From the NCBI GenBank assembly GCA_030324005.1, contig JARDVH010000110.1, forward strand, positions 36,994,931 to 37,058,930: DNA of 64,000 nucleotides. Reading direction: 5' to 3'. Made by a program: the position numbers and the translations under genes. The notes below the pieces were generated by a model that was not told the origin of the DNA, did no database searches, and worked only from the letters and a program-made list of their open reading frames with translations. This document shows positions 39,223 through 51,499 of this stretch, piece by piece; positions within the stretch are counted from its first letter, which is position 1, and each line of letters opens with the position of its first letter. The stretch comes from Negaprion brevirostris. Its lineage: Eukaryota.

Positions 39223-40219
39223 NNNNNNNNNNNNNNNNNNNNNNNNNNNNNNNNNNNNNNNNNNNNNNNNNNNNNNNNNNNNNNNNNNNNNNNNNNNNNN
39301 NNNNNNNNNNNNNNNNNNNNNNNNNNNNNNNNNNNNNNNNNNNNNNNNNNNNNNNNNNNNNNNNNNNNNNNNNNNNNNNNNNNNNNNNNNNNNNNNNNNN
39401 NNNNNNNNNNNNNNNNNNNNNNNNNNNNNNNNNNNNNNNNNNNNNNNNNNNNNNNNNNNNNNNNNNNNNNNNNNNNNNNNNNNNNNNNNNNNNNNNNNNN
39501 NNNNNNNNNNNNNNNNNNNNNNNNNNNNNNNNNNNNNNNNNNNNNNNNNNNNNNNNNNNNNNNNNNNNNNNNNNNNNNNNNNNNNNNNNNNNNNNNNNNN
39601 NNNNNNNNNNNNNNNNNNNNNNNNNNNNNNNNNNNNNNNNNNNNNNNNNNNNNNNNNNNNNNNNNNNNNNNNNNNNNNNNNNNNNNNNNNNNNNNNNNNN
39701 NNNNNNNNNNNNNNNNNNNNNNNNNNNNNNNNNNNNNNNNNNNNNNNNNNNNNNNNNNNNNNNNNNNNNNNNNNNNNNNNNNNNNNNNNNNNNNNNNNNN
39801 NNNNNNNNNNNNNNNNNACTCATTACAATTCAGCAACCAGAGAAAAACTCCTTTATACCCACTTTTCCAACTCCTACTTACCAACCAATTACTAATGCAG
39901 AGAAACATGCAAAGAGCCTCACAGTGTAACACTTGAATTCTTAATGCAATTGGGATTATCTTGCAGTTTGTTGAATAATCAGTAACACAAGTGTCCAATA
40001 TAATGCACAGCATGTATAACAAGTTAAAACATTAACTGGTCTTTTCAAGAAATGAAAAAGATTGGAGTGCTTCTAAAAAAAAACCATTAAAATATTTTTA
40101 TTTGCTTGGATTGTCAGACTATTTGAAACTAAGCACGTTAACAGCTTTCAGTATGGTGCCTTTTTAGATGAAGAACTACGGCCCAGTGGTGAAATCATTC
40201 CTTTAATTAGAGTATTCAC

Positions 40220-40296
40220 TCATCTTCCTGTTTAATTGCTGTTAATGCTTCTCATTCCTTCGCTCAGAAGATTCTGAGCTCATTAATTTGGGTCAC
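40220..40296 (-). pseudogene. Exon-like block, 77 bp
   Basis: tcag|GTG...GA|GTGAAT; phase-0 VTQINELRIF*AKE*EALTAIKQED with two TGA stops (possible CGA>TGA). Confidence 0.4.
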
Positions 40297-40402
40297 CTGA
40301 GTTAACATGATTTTGAGATCAAACTTTTCCCCATTATCTAATTTTTTAAGTGATTAAACCAATATCGTAGGAACAGGCTGAGATCATTTTATTTAATATC
40401 TA

Positions 40403-41660
40403 TGGCCCTGATTTTGTATCTTTACTCACGTGAAAACCAGGTTGGGCGCAGTCAAAATGGTTGGAGATGACCTCACTCCTTCGACCTGGTTCTTTTCAGG
40501 TGTGAATATTAAACTGCCCTTTTGAATAGGAGAGGATACCCATCTCAAATAGGTGGGGTTTTCCTTAAATATGAAGATCTAAGCCAGATTATGTAATTGG
40601 ACTCAATCTGCTATTTTATTCTGAGACTTGAGTTGGGGGACCAGCACTGGTTTCTCTGTCAAACTAAATCCTTCAGGAGTGGGTTGTCAACCAGCTGATG
40701 CCCAGTAGATAAATTTTTAATTTCAACTTTCAGGTTTCATAAGTGAGTGAAGAGTAGCAGGAGTGGTCCTCTGAGAGTGAGAGAGAGAGAGAGAGGGAGG
40801 TGAGGTATTCGAATTGCGAGATTGCGTTGGATGAGTGATAGAGAGAGACACAACAACAAGCAGTCTCTTTGTCATTGCAAAATGGAGGAATAGGCCTGAA
40901 TCTAGAAGCCCCNNNNNNNNNNCCCACCCCCAAACACAGCACCTACTATTTTTGAGGAGCCGGGAATGGCTCAAGAGTTAAGGTTTGTCAATGTGCAATT
41001 CATTGAGACAGCTGTCAGTAAAATCACAGCTGTCTCTGGTCACACGTGATCTTGGTATGTAAGATGTTTGAAACCTGACATGTGCCGATTCGACCAAGTA
41101 GGAGCAGGTCTGTACCTTGTAGATTTGTTTAAATAGCCAAGATTCCCCCGTGGATATGGTCCAATGATCTGAAGTAGACACTTGGAGCATGGGTGCTGAA
41201 GTCTCCATATGGTAGATACTGGCTGAGTTGGCATGGTTAAGTGTAAGGCCAAATGTTGGTGGGTGGGGGAACGCAGGTTGGCATGAATTGACACTCAGTG
41301 ACATAGGGGCTGTAACATTCCAAGGGCATTGGCAGAGGAGTATATGTTTGCATGAGGGGTATGAGGAGCCTGAGGAGTGGCAGAGGGGCATAAATTGGCA
41401 TGGCAGGTATGAAGGGCAGTACTGAGGAGGCATGTTTGGCATGGAGGTATGAGGTGGCATGGGGTTATGAGGTGGCACGGTTTGGCATGGATGGGCCATG
41501 GGGAGTGTGTAGGTGGAGGTGAAAGGGAAGTGAGGGGTGGAAGGCTGCTTTATGTTTTTCTATCCGAAAAAAATTCAACATTGTACTGGCGCATTGAAGC
41601 AAGCCACCCACCTCTGCACCTGGTGCCCTCTGTAGTTGTTCGAGGTTTCTGCCCTTTGGG
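40403..41660. mobile_element. Harbinger-derived relic with GGCAT-rich internal repeats
   Basis: ggccctgattttg TIR-like start; ggcat(g) repeats at 41260-41500, also seen at 52100-52175. Confidence 0.5.
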
Positions 41661-41669
41661 CGAGCCAGA

Positions 41670-41800
41670 ATTCTGAAGAAGGTTCATATTGTGCTCAAAG
41701 TGTTAACTCTGCTTCTCTCTCCACAGATGCTCCCAAACCTGCTGAGTGCTTCCAGCACTTTCTGTTTTCATTTATGACCTCCAGCATTCACAATATTCTG
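41670..41800 (+). mobile_element. Second Penelope-like family terminus with decayed hammerhead core
   Basis: ttCTGAAGAagg...gttaactctgcttctctctccacagatgct...cctgctgag; related fragment at about 17785-17845. Confidence 0.7.
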
Positions 41801-41889
41801 CCTTCATCTCAAATACAAGTTGTGAGTTGTGGGGTTACTAGAAAGGATATTCAGTGGTGATGGAGATAAGAGGTGGGGGTGTGCTTAAT

Positions 41890-42160
41890 GATGTGGAGAT
41901 GCCGGCGTTGGACTAAGGTAAACATAGTAAGAAGTTTCACAACACCAGGTTAAATCCAATAGCTTTATTTGGTAGCAAAATCCACTAGCTTTTGGAGTGC
42001 TTGCTGCTCCTTTGTCAGGTGAGTGGCCATTTTTCCCCAAACTTTTCCCTATTATCTCCACTCACCTGACAAAGGAGCAGCAAGTGCTCTGAAAGCTAGT
42101 GGATTTTGCTACCAAATAAATTTGTTGCACTTTAACCTGGTGTTGTGAGACTTCTTACAA
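41890..42160. mobile_element. Complete Penelope-like fold-back insertion with two hammerhead relics
   Basis: 37-bp tail; inverted arms of about 100 bp at 41927-42026 and 42058-42158; TSD TGTGCTTAAT at 41880-41889 and 42161-42170. Confidence 0.9.
42063..42102 (+). ncRNA. Minimal type-I hammerhead ribozyme, degenerate
   Basis: CAC CUGACAA AGGAGC agcaagu GCUCU GAAA GC UA GUG; CUGANGA core carries G>A. Confidence 0.65.
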
Positions 42161-42959
42161 TGTGCTTAATACCAGTTATAAAGTGTAAAGATCTGCCCTT
42201 TTCCTCTTTGCTGTGTCAGGAAATGTTGAAGTTCAAATTCCCACAGGGTGCTGCTAATCTCCCTGACCACTGCTTAGAAAGCATGTGCTGGACCAGGCAG
42301 AAACCACCTATGATGAGAACTCCTACTCCTCTTTTTTAGTCAAAATGTAACATTTGCGTGGCAAGAGTATCACTATCTACTAAAATCTATAATGGTCCCA
42401 TTGGCAGAGTCCACGCCAAATCTGTGGCCTGCTTCTTTGAAGTGAATACAGCTTTTCAGAAAATTCATAGATCCGCCCGCCCTGTTGCACTAGTTACCCC
42501 AACTGCATGGGTCAGCAGGGATAAAGTTTCTGTCAACTGGAACAGGATGATGCCAGTAATTGCTGGGATCAAGCAAGTGTGGGCCAATTGAGAAGATTGC
42601 AATTCCCAATGTTAAATGTAAGGAATGTATTATTTAAATAAAATAATGAATCCTTCAACAGTAAAGTCATATTAATCTTTAAATGCTAACATCATGGCTT
42701 TGATTTTTTGGTACCATAATGCTCATTCAGCTTATGATTGACTAACAGCATTGCTATCTCCAAAGCAACTTTTTGCATGAATCATGACAATTGCTCCTAG
42801 TATCCCCCTGGCCTGCTATGTGGGAAATACATCAGACAGTTGATTTCTCTTCTTTTGAAGCTGAGAATTAATTTTGCATTGCTGAGGAGTATGAATTTAT
42901 GTCAGTCAATTATGTGCAGCATTTTATTACCATTAAAGGAAAATCTTTTCTCTAGTATT

Positions 42960-44375
42960 CAGGAACATGTGAACATATGAACAAGGAGCAGGAAGAGGCC
43001 ATTCAGCCCCTTGAATGCTCCTCCATTTAATTATGGCTGTTCTAATAGGAATATCAAATCTGCACTCCATCTATCCCGATAACCTATCACCCCTTTGCTT
43101 AGCAAGAGTCCATCCACCTCTGCCTTACAGATATTCAAAGACTCTTCTTCCAAAACCTTTGCAGGAAGAGAGTTCCAAAGACCCATGGTCCTTGGGACAC
43201 ATGCACGGTTTTGGATTGACTGTGATGGATTTTGGCAAATCCTTTTACAGGGAGTCAGAAGGATAGGATTTACACACTGAAAACTCAAATCAAGCAAAAG
43301 GACATTAGAAGGATTTGTCGGGAAAACTCCAGCTGAATTTCAATCACATTCTAAAGGAGTTGCCAATTTATCTGTTTTATATCCATTTTAAGTGGGTGAG
43401 CCCTTATTTTTAAGCAGTGACCCCCTAGTTCCAGATTCTCCCACAAGGAGAAACAGCTTCTTCATGTCCAGTCTGTCAGTACCCCTTAGCATCCTATCTG
43501 TTTCAATCAAGTCATTTCGTACTCTTCTAAACTCCAGCGGATATAAGACCATAAGATATAGGAGCAGATATAGACCATTCGGCCCACTGAGCTCAGTTAA
43601 GTCTCCATTCACGGCAATGGGACTGGAGAATCCCACCTGCGAATGAATCAATTCGCTATGTTTTGTTCGCAACTGCTGAAGTGAATTCCACAGGCTCACC
43701 ACTCTTAGAGTAAACAAATTTGTCTTCATCTCAAACCTAAGTGGTTCCCTTAGACTGTGATCCCTATTTCGGGACTCCCCCTCTTTCAGAAACATCCATC
43801 CTGCATCTGTCTTTTCCAGTCATGTTAGAATTTTTATATTTTTATATGATTTTCTTTTCTTCTGAACTCCAGCAAATATAATCATCACTGACTCAATCTC
43901 ATCTGATACATCAGTCCTGCCTTCACAGAAGTCATTCTGGTAAACCTCCACTACACTCTTTCTATAGTAAGAACGTGCTTCCTTACATAAGGAAACAAAA
44001 ACTGCATGCAATATTCCAGGTTTGGTCTCATCAAGGCCCTGTATATTTGGAGCAAAACATCCTTGTTCCTCTATTCAAATCATGTCATTATGAGGATCAA
44101 CATCCCGTTTGCTTTCTTTATTGCCTGCATCACCTATAGGATAACCAGGTCTCATTGCACAATCCTCTCTCTCAATATATATCCAGATAATAATCTGCCT
44201 TCCCGTTTTTGCTACCAGGGTGGGTAACCTTACATTGATCCACATTACATTGCATCTGCCATGCATTTCCCCATTTATTTAACTTGTCCAAATCACACTG
44301 ACACATCTCTGCATCCTTCCCATAGTTCACCATCCCACCCAGCTTTGTGTCATCTGCAAACTTGGAGATATTATA
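42960..44375 (-). mobile_element. Cluster of nested CR1 LINE fragments
   Basis: LWNSLP; YPLEFRRVRNDLIETDRMLRG; ISKFADDTKLGG...WQMQCNVDQCKV. Confidence 0.9.
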
Positions 44376-44394
44376 TTTGTTTTTTTTATTCATT

Positions 44395-44600
44395 CATGGG
44401 ACATGGGCATTGCTGGTTGGCCAGCATTTATTGTCCATACCTAGTTGCCCAAGGACAGTTGAGAGTCAACCACTTTGCCATGGCTCTGGAGTCACTTGTA
44501 GGCTAGACCAGGTAAGGTCGGCAGATTTCCTTCCTAAAAGGACATTAGTGAACCAGATGGGTTTTTCTGATAATTGGCAATCGTTTCATGGTCATAGAAT
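44395..44600 (-). mobile_element. tRNA-derived SINE family B, 3' part
   Basis: ggccagcatttattgtccatacctagttgccc; reverse homolog of 55345-55675. Confidence 0.75.
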
Positions 44601-45654
44601 GAGATTTATCCTGTTTTGGTGAGGGGGGTGATTCTGTGGGGACTGGATAGAGAGCCAGTGGCTGGTGGAGGCAGGAAAGATTGACAAAGATATCACAGCC
44701 AAAACGACAAAGGGAATGTAAATGGTGATGATGATGGCTAAGAAGGGTGCTAATGGTGGCCACTATCAGCTCATCCCAATGGGGTAGGGGAAGGGAGACA
44801 GTGATAAGGGAATAAAAGATGGAAAGTGAGATTTAAAACAATGAAAAAATAAAACAATGGAAGGAATGAAAATAGATTTTTAAAAATAAAATAAATTGAT
44901 GTAAATGGGGTAAAGGAAGAGTGAAGGATTCATTGTCTGAAACAGGTACACGAGCAGAAGGGCATTCATCAGACTCATCAGATCATCGGCTTCCTCGGGC
45001 TACATGATTTCATACTCTTCTCTGATTGCTTAATGGCATCATATGACAAGCTTAGCTAAGTTTGGTGAACCCGAGGATACCAATGTGGGATTTTGACTTT
45101 TTTGGGGACTATTTCTCTGTGATTTGCTTTGCTTTTGATGGGAATGGCTGACAAGTTTGACATAACCAGAATTTTGTTTCATCCGAGTTTGGCTTACTAT
45201 AATTTATCTGCATGTTGTATTGTTCCACAAATGTTTGGTCGAATCCCATCTGCTGTGAGCTAATTCTGNNNNNNNNNNNNNNNNNNNNNNNNNNNNNNNN
45301 NNNNNNNNNNNNNNNNNNNNNNNNNNNNNNNNNNNNNNNNNNNNNNNNNNNNNNNNNNNNNNNNNNNNNNNNNNNNNNNNNNNNNNNNNNNNNNNNNNNN
45401 NNNNNNNNNNNNNNNNNNNNNNNNNNNNNNNNNNNNNNNNNNNNNNNNNNNNNNNNNNNNNNNNNNNNNNNNNNNNNNNNNNNNNNNNNNNNNNNNNNNN
45501 NNNNNNNNNNNNNNNNNNNNNNNNNNNNNNNNNNNNNNNNNNNNNNNNNNTCGGAATGAAGAGAGTTACAAATAACAAGTCATTATTTAATGACAAAATG
45601 TTGTATAATGATCCTGTTGCACTATGAGCTGGAAGACTATTTTATCTTGCTTAC

Positions 45655-45826
45655 CTTAATTGCTTTGTTACCTCTGCTATTATATATCATTTCCTTTTTG
45701 CTTCTTTCTGCCTCTTTTTTTTGCATGTTGTCTTCCTCTTCTGCTGGTCTCTCTTTGCTCTTCAGTCTATTTTTATTCCTTAATTTTTGTTGTATTATTT
45801 GCTTCTTCCCTCATCTTGAATAGCTG
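45655..45826 (-). pseudogene. Exon-like block, 172 bp, lysine/glutamate-rich
   Basis: Acceptor tttcccccactgtcag|, donor AAG|GTAAGC; *GKKQIIQQKLRNKNRLKSKERPAEEEDNMQKKEAERSKKEMIYNSRGNKAIK. Confidence 0.55.
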
Positions 45827-46425
45827 CTGACAGTGGGGGAAACACAATAATTCAGCCATGGTTGCTGTTCAGTGGCAGCTCATAGGTTAGGCTAGACAAC
45901 TTGGCCAGAGCTGCAGTATTTCATGACAATGAATTAACATGTCAATAGCTTTGACATGTTAGTGAGATAGGGTGGAGGGACGGTGGAGGGGGAGGAGTGG
46001 GAAGTGTCTCCAGCCCTCCCAATTCAATTCCCTGTCCTTGTGAAGATTTATATACAGTACCAAGCAGCTACATCAATCTTGCTGATCAAAAATTTGATGA
46101 GCTTGATGTGAATTGATAAGCTGCTTTGTTTTGCCATAAAGCGAAGAGAACAGTGGATACGATCAGAGTCACTTTAATTCTANNNNNNNNNNNNNNNNNN
46201 NNNNNNNNNNNNNNNNNNNNNNNNNNNNNNNNNNNNNNNNNNNNNNNNNNNNNNNNNNNNNNNNNNNNNNNNNNNNNNNNNNGTTTTGCCATAAAGCGAA
46301 GAGAACAGTGGATACGATCAGAGTCACTTTAATTCTATGGCTCAAATCTTCTGGTATCCATATTGTTGGAGTTATATTTTAATCATTCGCGGGGCATGGG
46401 CGTCCCTGACTGGCCAGCATTTATT

Positions 46426-46968
46426 GATGTGCAGATGCTGGCATTGGACTAGGGTAAACACAGTAAGAAGTAACAGCACAGGTTAAAGTCCAACAGGTTT
46501 ATTTGGTAGCAAATGCCACTAGCTTTTGGGGCTTTTCCCCTCTGTCAGGTGAGTGGGGAGTTCTGATCACAAATAGAGCATGTAAAGGCACACACTCAGT
46601 TTACAGAATACTGATTAGAACGCGGCAGCTATTTGAGTCTTAAAGGTGTAGACAATGTGAGTGGAGATAGCATTAAGCATAGGTTAAAGAGATGTGTATT
46701 ATCTCCAGACAGGACAATAAGTGAGATGTTGCAAGCTCAGGCAAGTCATGGGGGTTACAAATAGTGTGACATGAACCCAAGATCGCGGTTGAGGCTGTCC
46801 TCATGTGTGCAGAATTTGGCTATCAATTTCTGCTCAGCAACTCTGCGCTGTCGTATATCATGAAGGCTGCCTTAGAGAATGTTTACTGAAGATCAGTGGC
46901 CGAATTCCCGTGATCACTCAACAATCACCAGTCAAGACTGTTCTCTTTCTGTTGGTGAACACTTTCGG
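46426..46968 (-). mobile_element. Penelope-like element 3' end (GIY-YIG C-terminus, pLTR, hammerhead relic) with inverted 5' piece
   Basis: HGNSATDL..QRRVAEQKLIAKFCTHEDSLNRDLGFMSHYL* at 46912-46755; HSTITSQDCSLSVGEHF on the plus strand at 46915-46965. Confidence 0.9.
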
Positions 46969-47059
46969 CATAGAAAATTAATAAATACGCCTCTGTGCAA
47001 AAGTGAATCATGTACTTTATTTATCACATTAAACTACACTTGAAAATTTTCACACACTT

Positions 47060-48277
47060 AGGGCAAGATTTTCCAGTCAGACTTGCCTAAGGCAATTCCC
47101 TCGCAACAGTGAGCTATGACTTCAGCGAGACACCTCTGCTGCCAGGAAGCACACCACTGGGGCGGAGTGGTGGTAGAAAGTCCTGCCTTTGGTCTTTGGT
47201 GGGCCTGATGACTTCATTAAAAATATCACTAACCTTGCAGCATTTGAATGCTTGTGTCTGCCTCATCTCCATATATCTATCACTGGACGGGTGGCTTTGG
47301 CAGACCAAAGCATTCCCAGCACCCGATTGGGTTGCAATGTGTGTGCCGCCTGCAGGCTGCAAAAAAGCCTCGTGGATCCCATAAATTTGGGTGTCTTGCC
47401 ATTTGCAACATATTTGCTGCTAGGTGGCCCACTCAACTTCAAGTATACGAGTGATGGGAGAGGTGTTCAGTATGCCAACCATGGCCTGACTGAGGTCATT
47501 AGGTGGGCAGTTGATGCCCAATTAAAGGACTTGTTAAGATTTAACCAGCAACAGGAAAGACTGGTACTCAGTGTGCAGACCCTTGATTTAACGCTGCAAA
47601 CTGCTGACCAGTTACGAGGCAAGAAGACTATTGCTTGGCCCCTTGTACCCATCAGAAGCCCCTCACATATTTATTCCTCCCCACATCCACCTCCCCCACC
47701 CCACCCACCAGCCCCCCTACCCTTAATCCCGCCCAACTTGTCCCTCCACGTTCTCTTGTCAGGGCCTGTCTGCCTGGCTTCAATGAGATTTAATTTTGAT
47801 TTGATTTATTATTGTCACATATATTGGCATACAGTGAAAAGTATTATTTCTTGCACACTATGCAAAGCAAACCGTTCATAGAGAAAGAAATGAGAGAATA
47901 CAGAATGTAGTGTTATAGTCACAGCTAGGGTGTAGACAAAGATCAACTTAGTGCAAAGTAGGTCCATTGAAAAGTCTGAAAAGAAGTTATTCTTGAGTCA
48001 ATTGCTCTCAAACCTCTATGAATGTCCCAATCATTGCTGAATGCCAAGTCCTTGGTCTATCTGCAGCATCGACAGCAGCCATTGTTTTTGCTGGTGCTGC
48101 GAGCATTCAATTGGTTGGCAGCTTTATGAAGCTGGACTCCCTCCGGGAGTTGCGCGGAGGCCTCAGCTCAGTAATTAAAAGGTTGATGCGCAAAAATTCA
48201 AGCAGGCGAGGCTGCCAAGCAGAGGCAGGATTACTCTAGGGGTATGGGAAGCCTGCCCTCAGTGTATAATCCAGCCC
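47060..48277. mobile_element. Harbinger-derived non-autonomous element with a nested Rex1 3' end (about 47785-48020, minus)
   Basis: gggcaagattttcc...taatccagccc TIRs; (TTTGA)n tail and 3'UTR shared with 49575-49720. Confidence 0.65.
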
Positions 48278-48784
48278 ACTATGTGTTTTATTTAACCTTA
48301 AAGGAAATTTATCTAATCAGATTAAAATGTTATTGTAGGGGCTGATGATGCACTCCACCTCATCCATTGGTCATGGAAGGAGTCTCTCTTTGCTCTCATT
48401 TTAGCAAAAACAATGATCAAATAGGCATATTAACAAACTAACAAATCAACTGACAGTAATTGCCCCTTAAAGGGGCACTGTGATGGAACAAAACTCCAAA
48501 GAAAACTTACCTAACTGAAACTGCCTCAGTTGTACAGGATACTAGTGAGCTCACACCCAGAGTACTGTATTAGAAGCAGCTCAGAGAAGGTTTATTGGAC
48601 TAATATCTGGAATGGTTGGACATGTTAGGCTTGTATTCATTGGAGATTAGAAAAGCAAGTGGCGACTTGATTGAAACATAAATCTGGAGAGGTCTTGACA
48701 GGGGGGATGTGGAGAGGATATTTCTTCTTGTGGGAGAATCCAGAACTAGGGATCAATTTTAGAATGAGCGCTCACTTCTCAGAG

Positions 48785-49020
48785 AGGAGCTCAGCCTTCA
48801 ACACCATTATTCCCATGAAACTCATCTCCAAACTCATGGCCTGGGCCTCAGCATCTCCCTTTTCGACTGGATCTTGAACTTTCTAACTCACAGACCACAA
48901 TCAGTAAGGATAAGCATCAAAACTCCTCTACGCTCATTCTCAATACCCCATAAGGTTATGTTCTCAGCCCCCTACTATACTCCTTATATACTTATGACTG
49001 TGTGGACAGATTCCCCACTC
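48785..49020 (+). mobile_element. Rex1/Babar LINE RT fragment
   Basis: SSAFNTIIPMKLISKL...DWILNFLTHRPQSVRI. Confidence 0.92.
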
Positions 49021-49574
49021 NNNNNNNNNNNNNNNNNNNNNNNNNNNNNNNNNNNNNNNNNNNNNNNNNNNNNNNNNNNNNNNNNNNNNNNNNNNNNNNN
49101 NNNNNNNNNNNNNNNNNNNNNNNNNNNNNNNNNNNNNNNNNNNNNNNNNNNNNNNNNNNNNNNNNNNNNNNNNNNNNNNNNNNNNNNNNNNNNNNNNNNN
49201 NNNNNNNNNNNNNNNNNNNNNNNNNNNNNNNNNNNNNNNNNNNNNNNNNNNNNNNNNNNNNNNNNNNNNNNNNNNNNNNNNNNNNNNNNNNNNNNNNNNN
49301 NNNNNNNNNNNNNNNNNNNNNNNNNNNNNNNNNNNNNNNNNNNNNNNNNNNNNNNNNNNNNNNNNNNNNNNNNNNNNNNNNNNNNNNNNNNNNNNNNNNN
49401 NNNNNNNNNNNNNNNNNNNNNNNNNNNNNNNNNNNNNNNNNNNNNNNNNNNNNNNNNNNNNNNNNNNNNNNNNNNNNNNNNNNNNNNNNNNNNNNNNNNN
49501 NNNNNNNNNNNNNNNNNNNNNNNNNNNNNNNNNNNNNNNNNNNNNNNNNNNNNNNNNNNNNNNNNNNNNNNNNN

Positions 49575-49866
49575 TACCATTCACAGAGTAGGAAAGGAGA
49601 GAATGTAGAATGTAGTGTTACAGTCATAGCTAGGGTGCAGAGAAAGATCAACTTAATGCAGGGTAAGTCCATTCAAAAGTCTGACAGCAGCAGGGAAGAA
49701 GCTGTTTTTGAGTCAGTCGGTACATGACCTCAGACTTTTGTAACTTTTTCCCAAAGGAAGAAGGTGGAAGAGAGAATGTCCGGTGGGACATTGTGGGGTC
49801 CTTAATTATGATGGCTGCTTTGCCGAGGTAGCAGGAAATGTAAACAGAGTCAATGGATGGGAGGCT
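49575..49866 (-). mobile_element. Rex1/Babar LINE 3' end
   Basis: LPSIDSVYISCYLGKAAIIIKDP...LKNSFFPAAVRLLN. Confidence 0.9.
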
Positions 49867-50037
49867 GGGTCCCTGGTGCTGTGAGGCAGCACTGCTAACC
49901 ACTGTGCCATTCTCCCTCAGTGTACCTGAACAGATGCTGGAGTGTGGTGATTAGGGGACTTTTGCAGCAACTTCATTCCATTGTTAATGTAAGCCTACTT
50001 GTTACACTAATAATAGACTTTAAACTTAAAAACTTTA
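49867..50037. mobile_element. V-SINE with inverted head and missing core
   Basis: Head on minus (49867-49908) abuts tail on plus (49909-50037). Confidence 0.85.
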
Positions 50038-51499
50038 GATGAACAAGTAGGTGAAAGGTTATCAGGGTAGGTAAGAATATGGAGTTGGTTACAATCAGAT
50101 CAGCCATGACCGTATTGAATGGTAGAGCTGACTCAAAGTGCTGAGTGGCCTACTCCTGCTCCCTAATTCATATTTCTAAGTATATACCAAAATTCCGTTT
50201 TGGAGGTTGATGAAGCATTCCAGCTTCCACCATGCTCACTGGCCATTGAGGAGCTCACTGGCCACTAAAGACCTCAACTGTGCCAATGGGCATCACATGC
50301 ACCCTCTCTAGGGACAACCGGCCTTGAGCATAACTGTAAACGAGGGGCAGATAGTTGGGCTGGTTGAACCCATTGACCACGCACCAGCCTGGCCGGGCTC
50401 CATGCTCATTGTGTTTACTTAAATCAATGGGGAAAACAACAAAAAAAAAGTCTCGAATGAGTTTTGTTTCTCTAATTTGTGAGAATGAAGTGTAAGGAAA
50501 ACAATTAAAGTTAAAATTCTGTTGTATGGAAAAATAATGGAAAAACAATGATGCCAGCTTTTGGGAAAAAGAAATTTGCCATAACATCTATCACTTACTG
50601 GCATTTGTTGAACAAAATATTTTTGAAAATGTATCATCCATAATGTCAGTGTCATTCAGCATTTATTACACATTCCAAGTTACTCAAAGACTGTGTGATC
50701 TGAATGGACAATCTAATTGCACATTAATCTTTATATTCCAGGTTATATGAGGTTAACCATGTCATTGGAAGAGAGAGAGAGACACTTGTCTTTGCTAGCA
50801 GTCAAAAATAATCATTTCAAACAAACAACCATTAGTAATTGATTTTGATTTCCCGTTAAATACCAATAACAAAAATGTTATTTCAGACTGTCATCTACTT
50901 ATTTTGGCGATGAATGTTGAGTTCATAAAATTTAAACTCCTGGGATTTAGCCTAAATTTCTATTCTTGAGATGGATAGCGGGAGTCAGTAAAATTTCCGG
51001 CTTGGCCAACCCACACCAGGAAAAAGTGATGGGATCTTCATTGCTAGGATGCAGATATGGGCTGCAATCAGATTAGCTGGCCCAGGAAGAAGTGCAGAGA
51101 TAGTCACAGGGACTGTCGAATCCCGAGGCAGGTTGTTTAACAGGTCCACCTTAGTGCTCTGGGACTTGATCCCATTGAATGCCTTTAAAGAGGTGGATGG
51201 GGTGCCAATCAACAGGGCTGCTTCGCCTTGGATGATGTCGAGCTTCTTGAGAGTTGCTGGAGCTGCATTTATCCAGGCCAATGGAGTGAATTGTGTCTTG
51301 TAAATGATGGATGGCTTTGGAGACAAAGCAGCTGAGTGCCCTCTGCAGAATTCCTAGCCTCCGACCTTCTCTTTTGTAGCCACAGTATTTGTATGCCTAG
51401 TTCATTTCAGTTTTTGATCAATGAAAACCCTAAGATATTAATAGTGGGGAACGCAGCAATGACATTGCCGTTGAATGTCAAGGAGGGATGTTGGATTTA

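Noticed and set aside
39079-40022. Long ORFs of 200-285 aa in the ORF track (also 48874-49727)
   Set aside because: They read through N gaps.
45590-45823. Hydrophobic 77-aa plus-strand ORF
   Set aside because: Antisense shadow of the K/E-rich minus-strand exon-like block.
46127-46337. Identical sequence of about 55 bp on both sides of a 100-N gap
   Set aside because: Typical unmerged contig overlap; assembly artifact rather than a tandem repeat.
47189-47881. 230-aa ORF
   Set aside because: Lies within a Harbinger-derived element and runs into a Rex1 tail; no recognisable domain.
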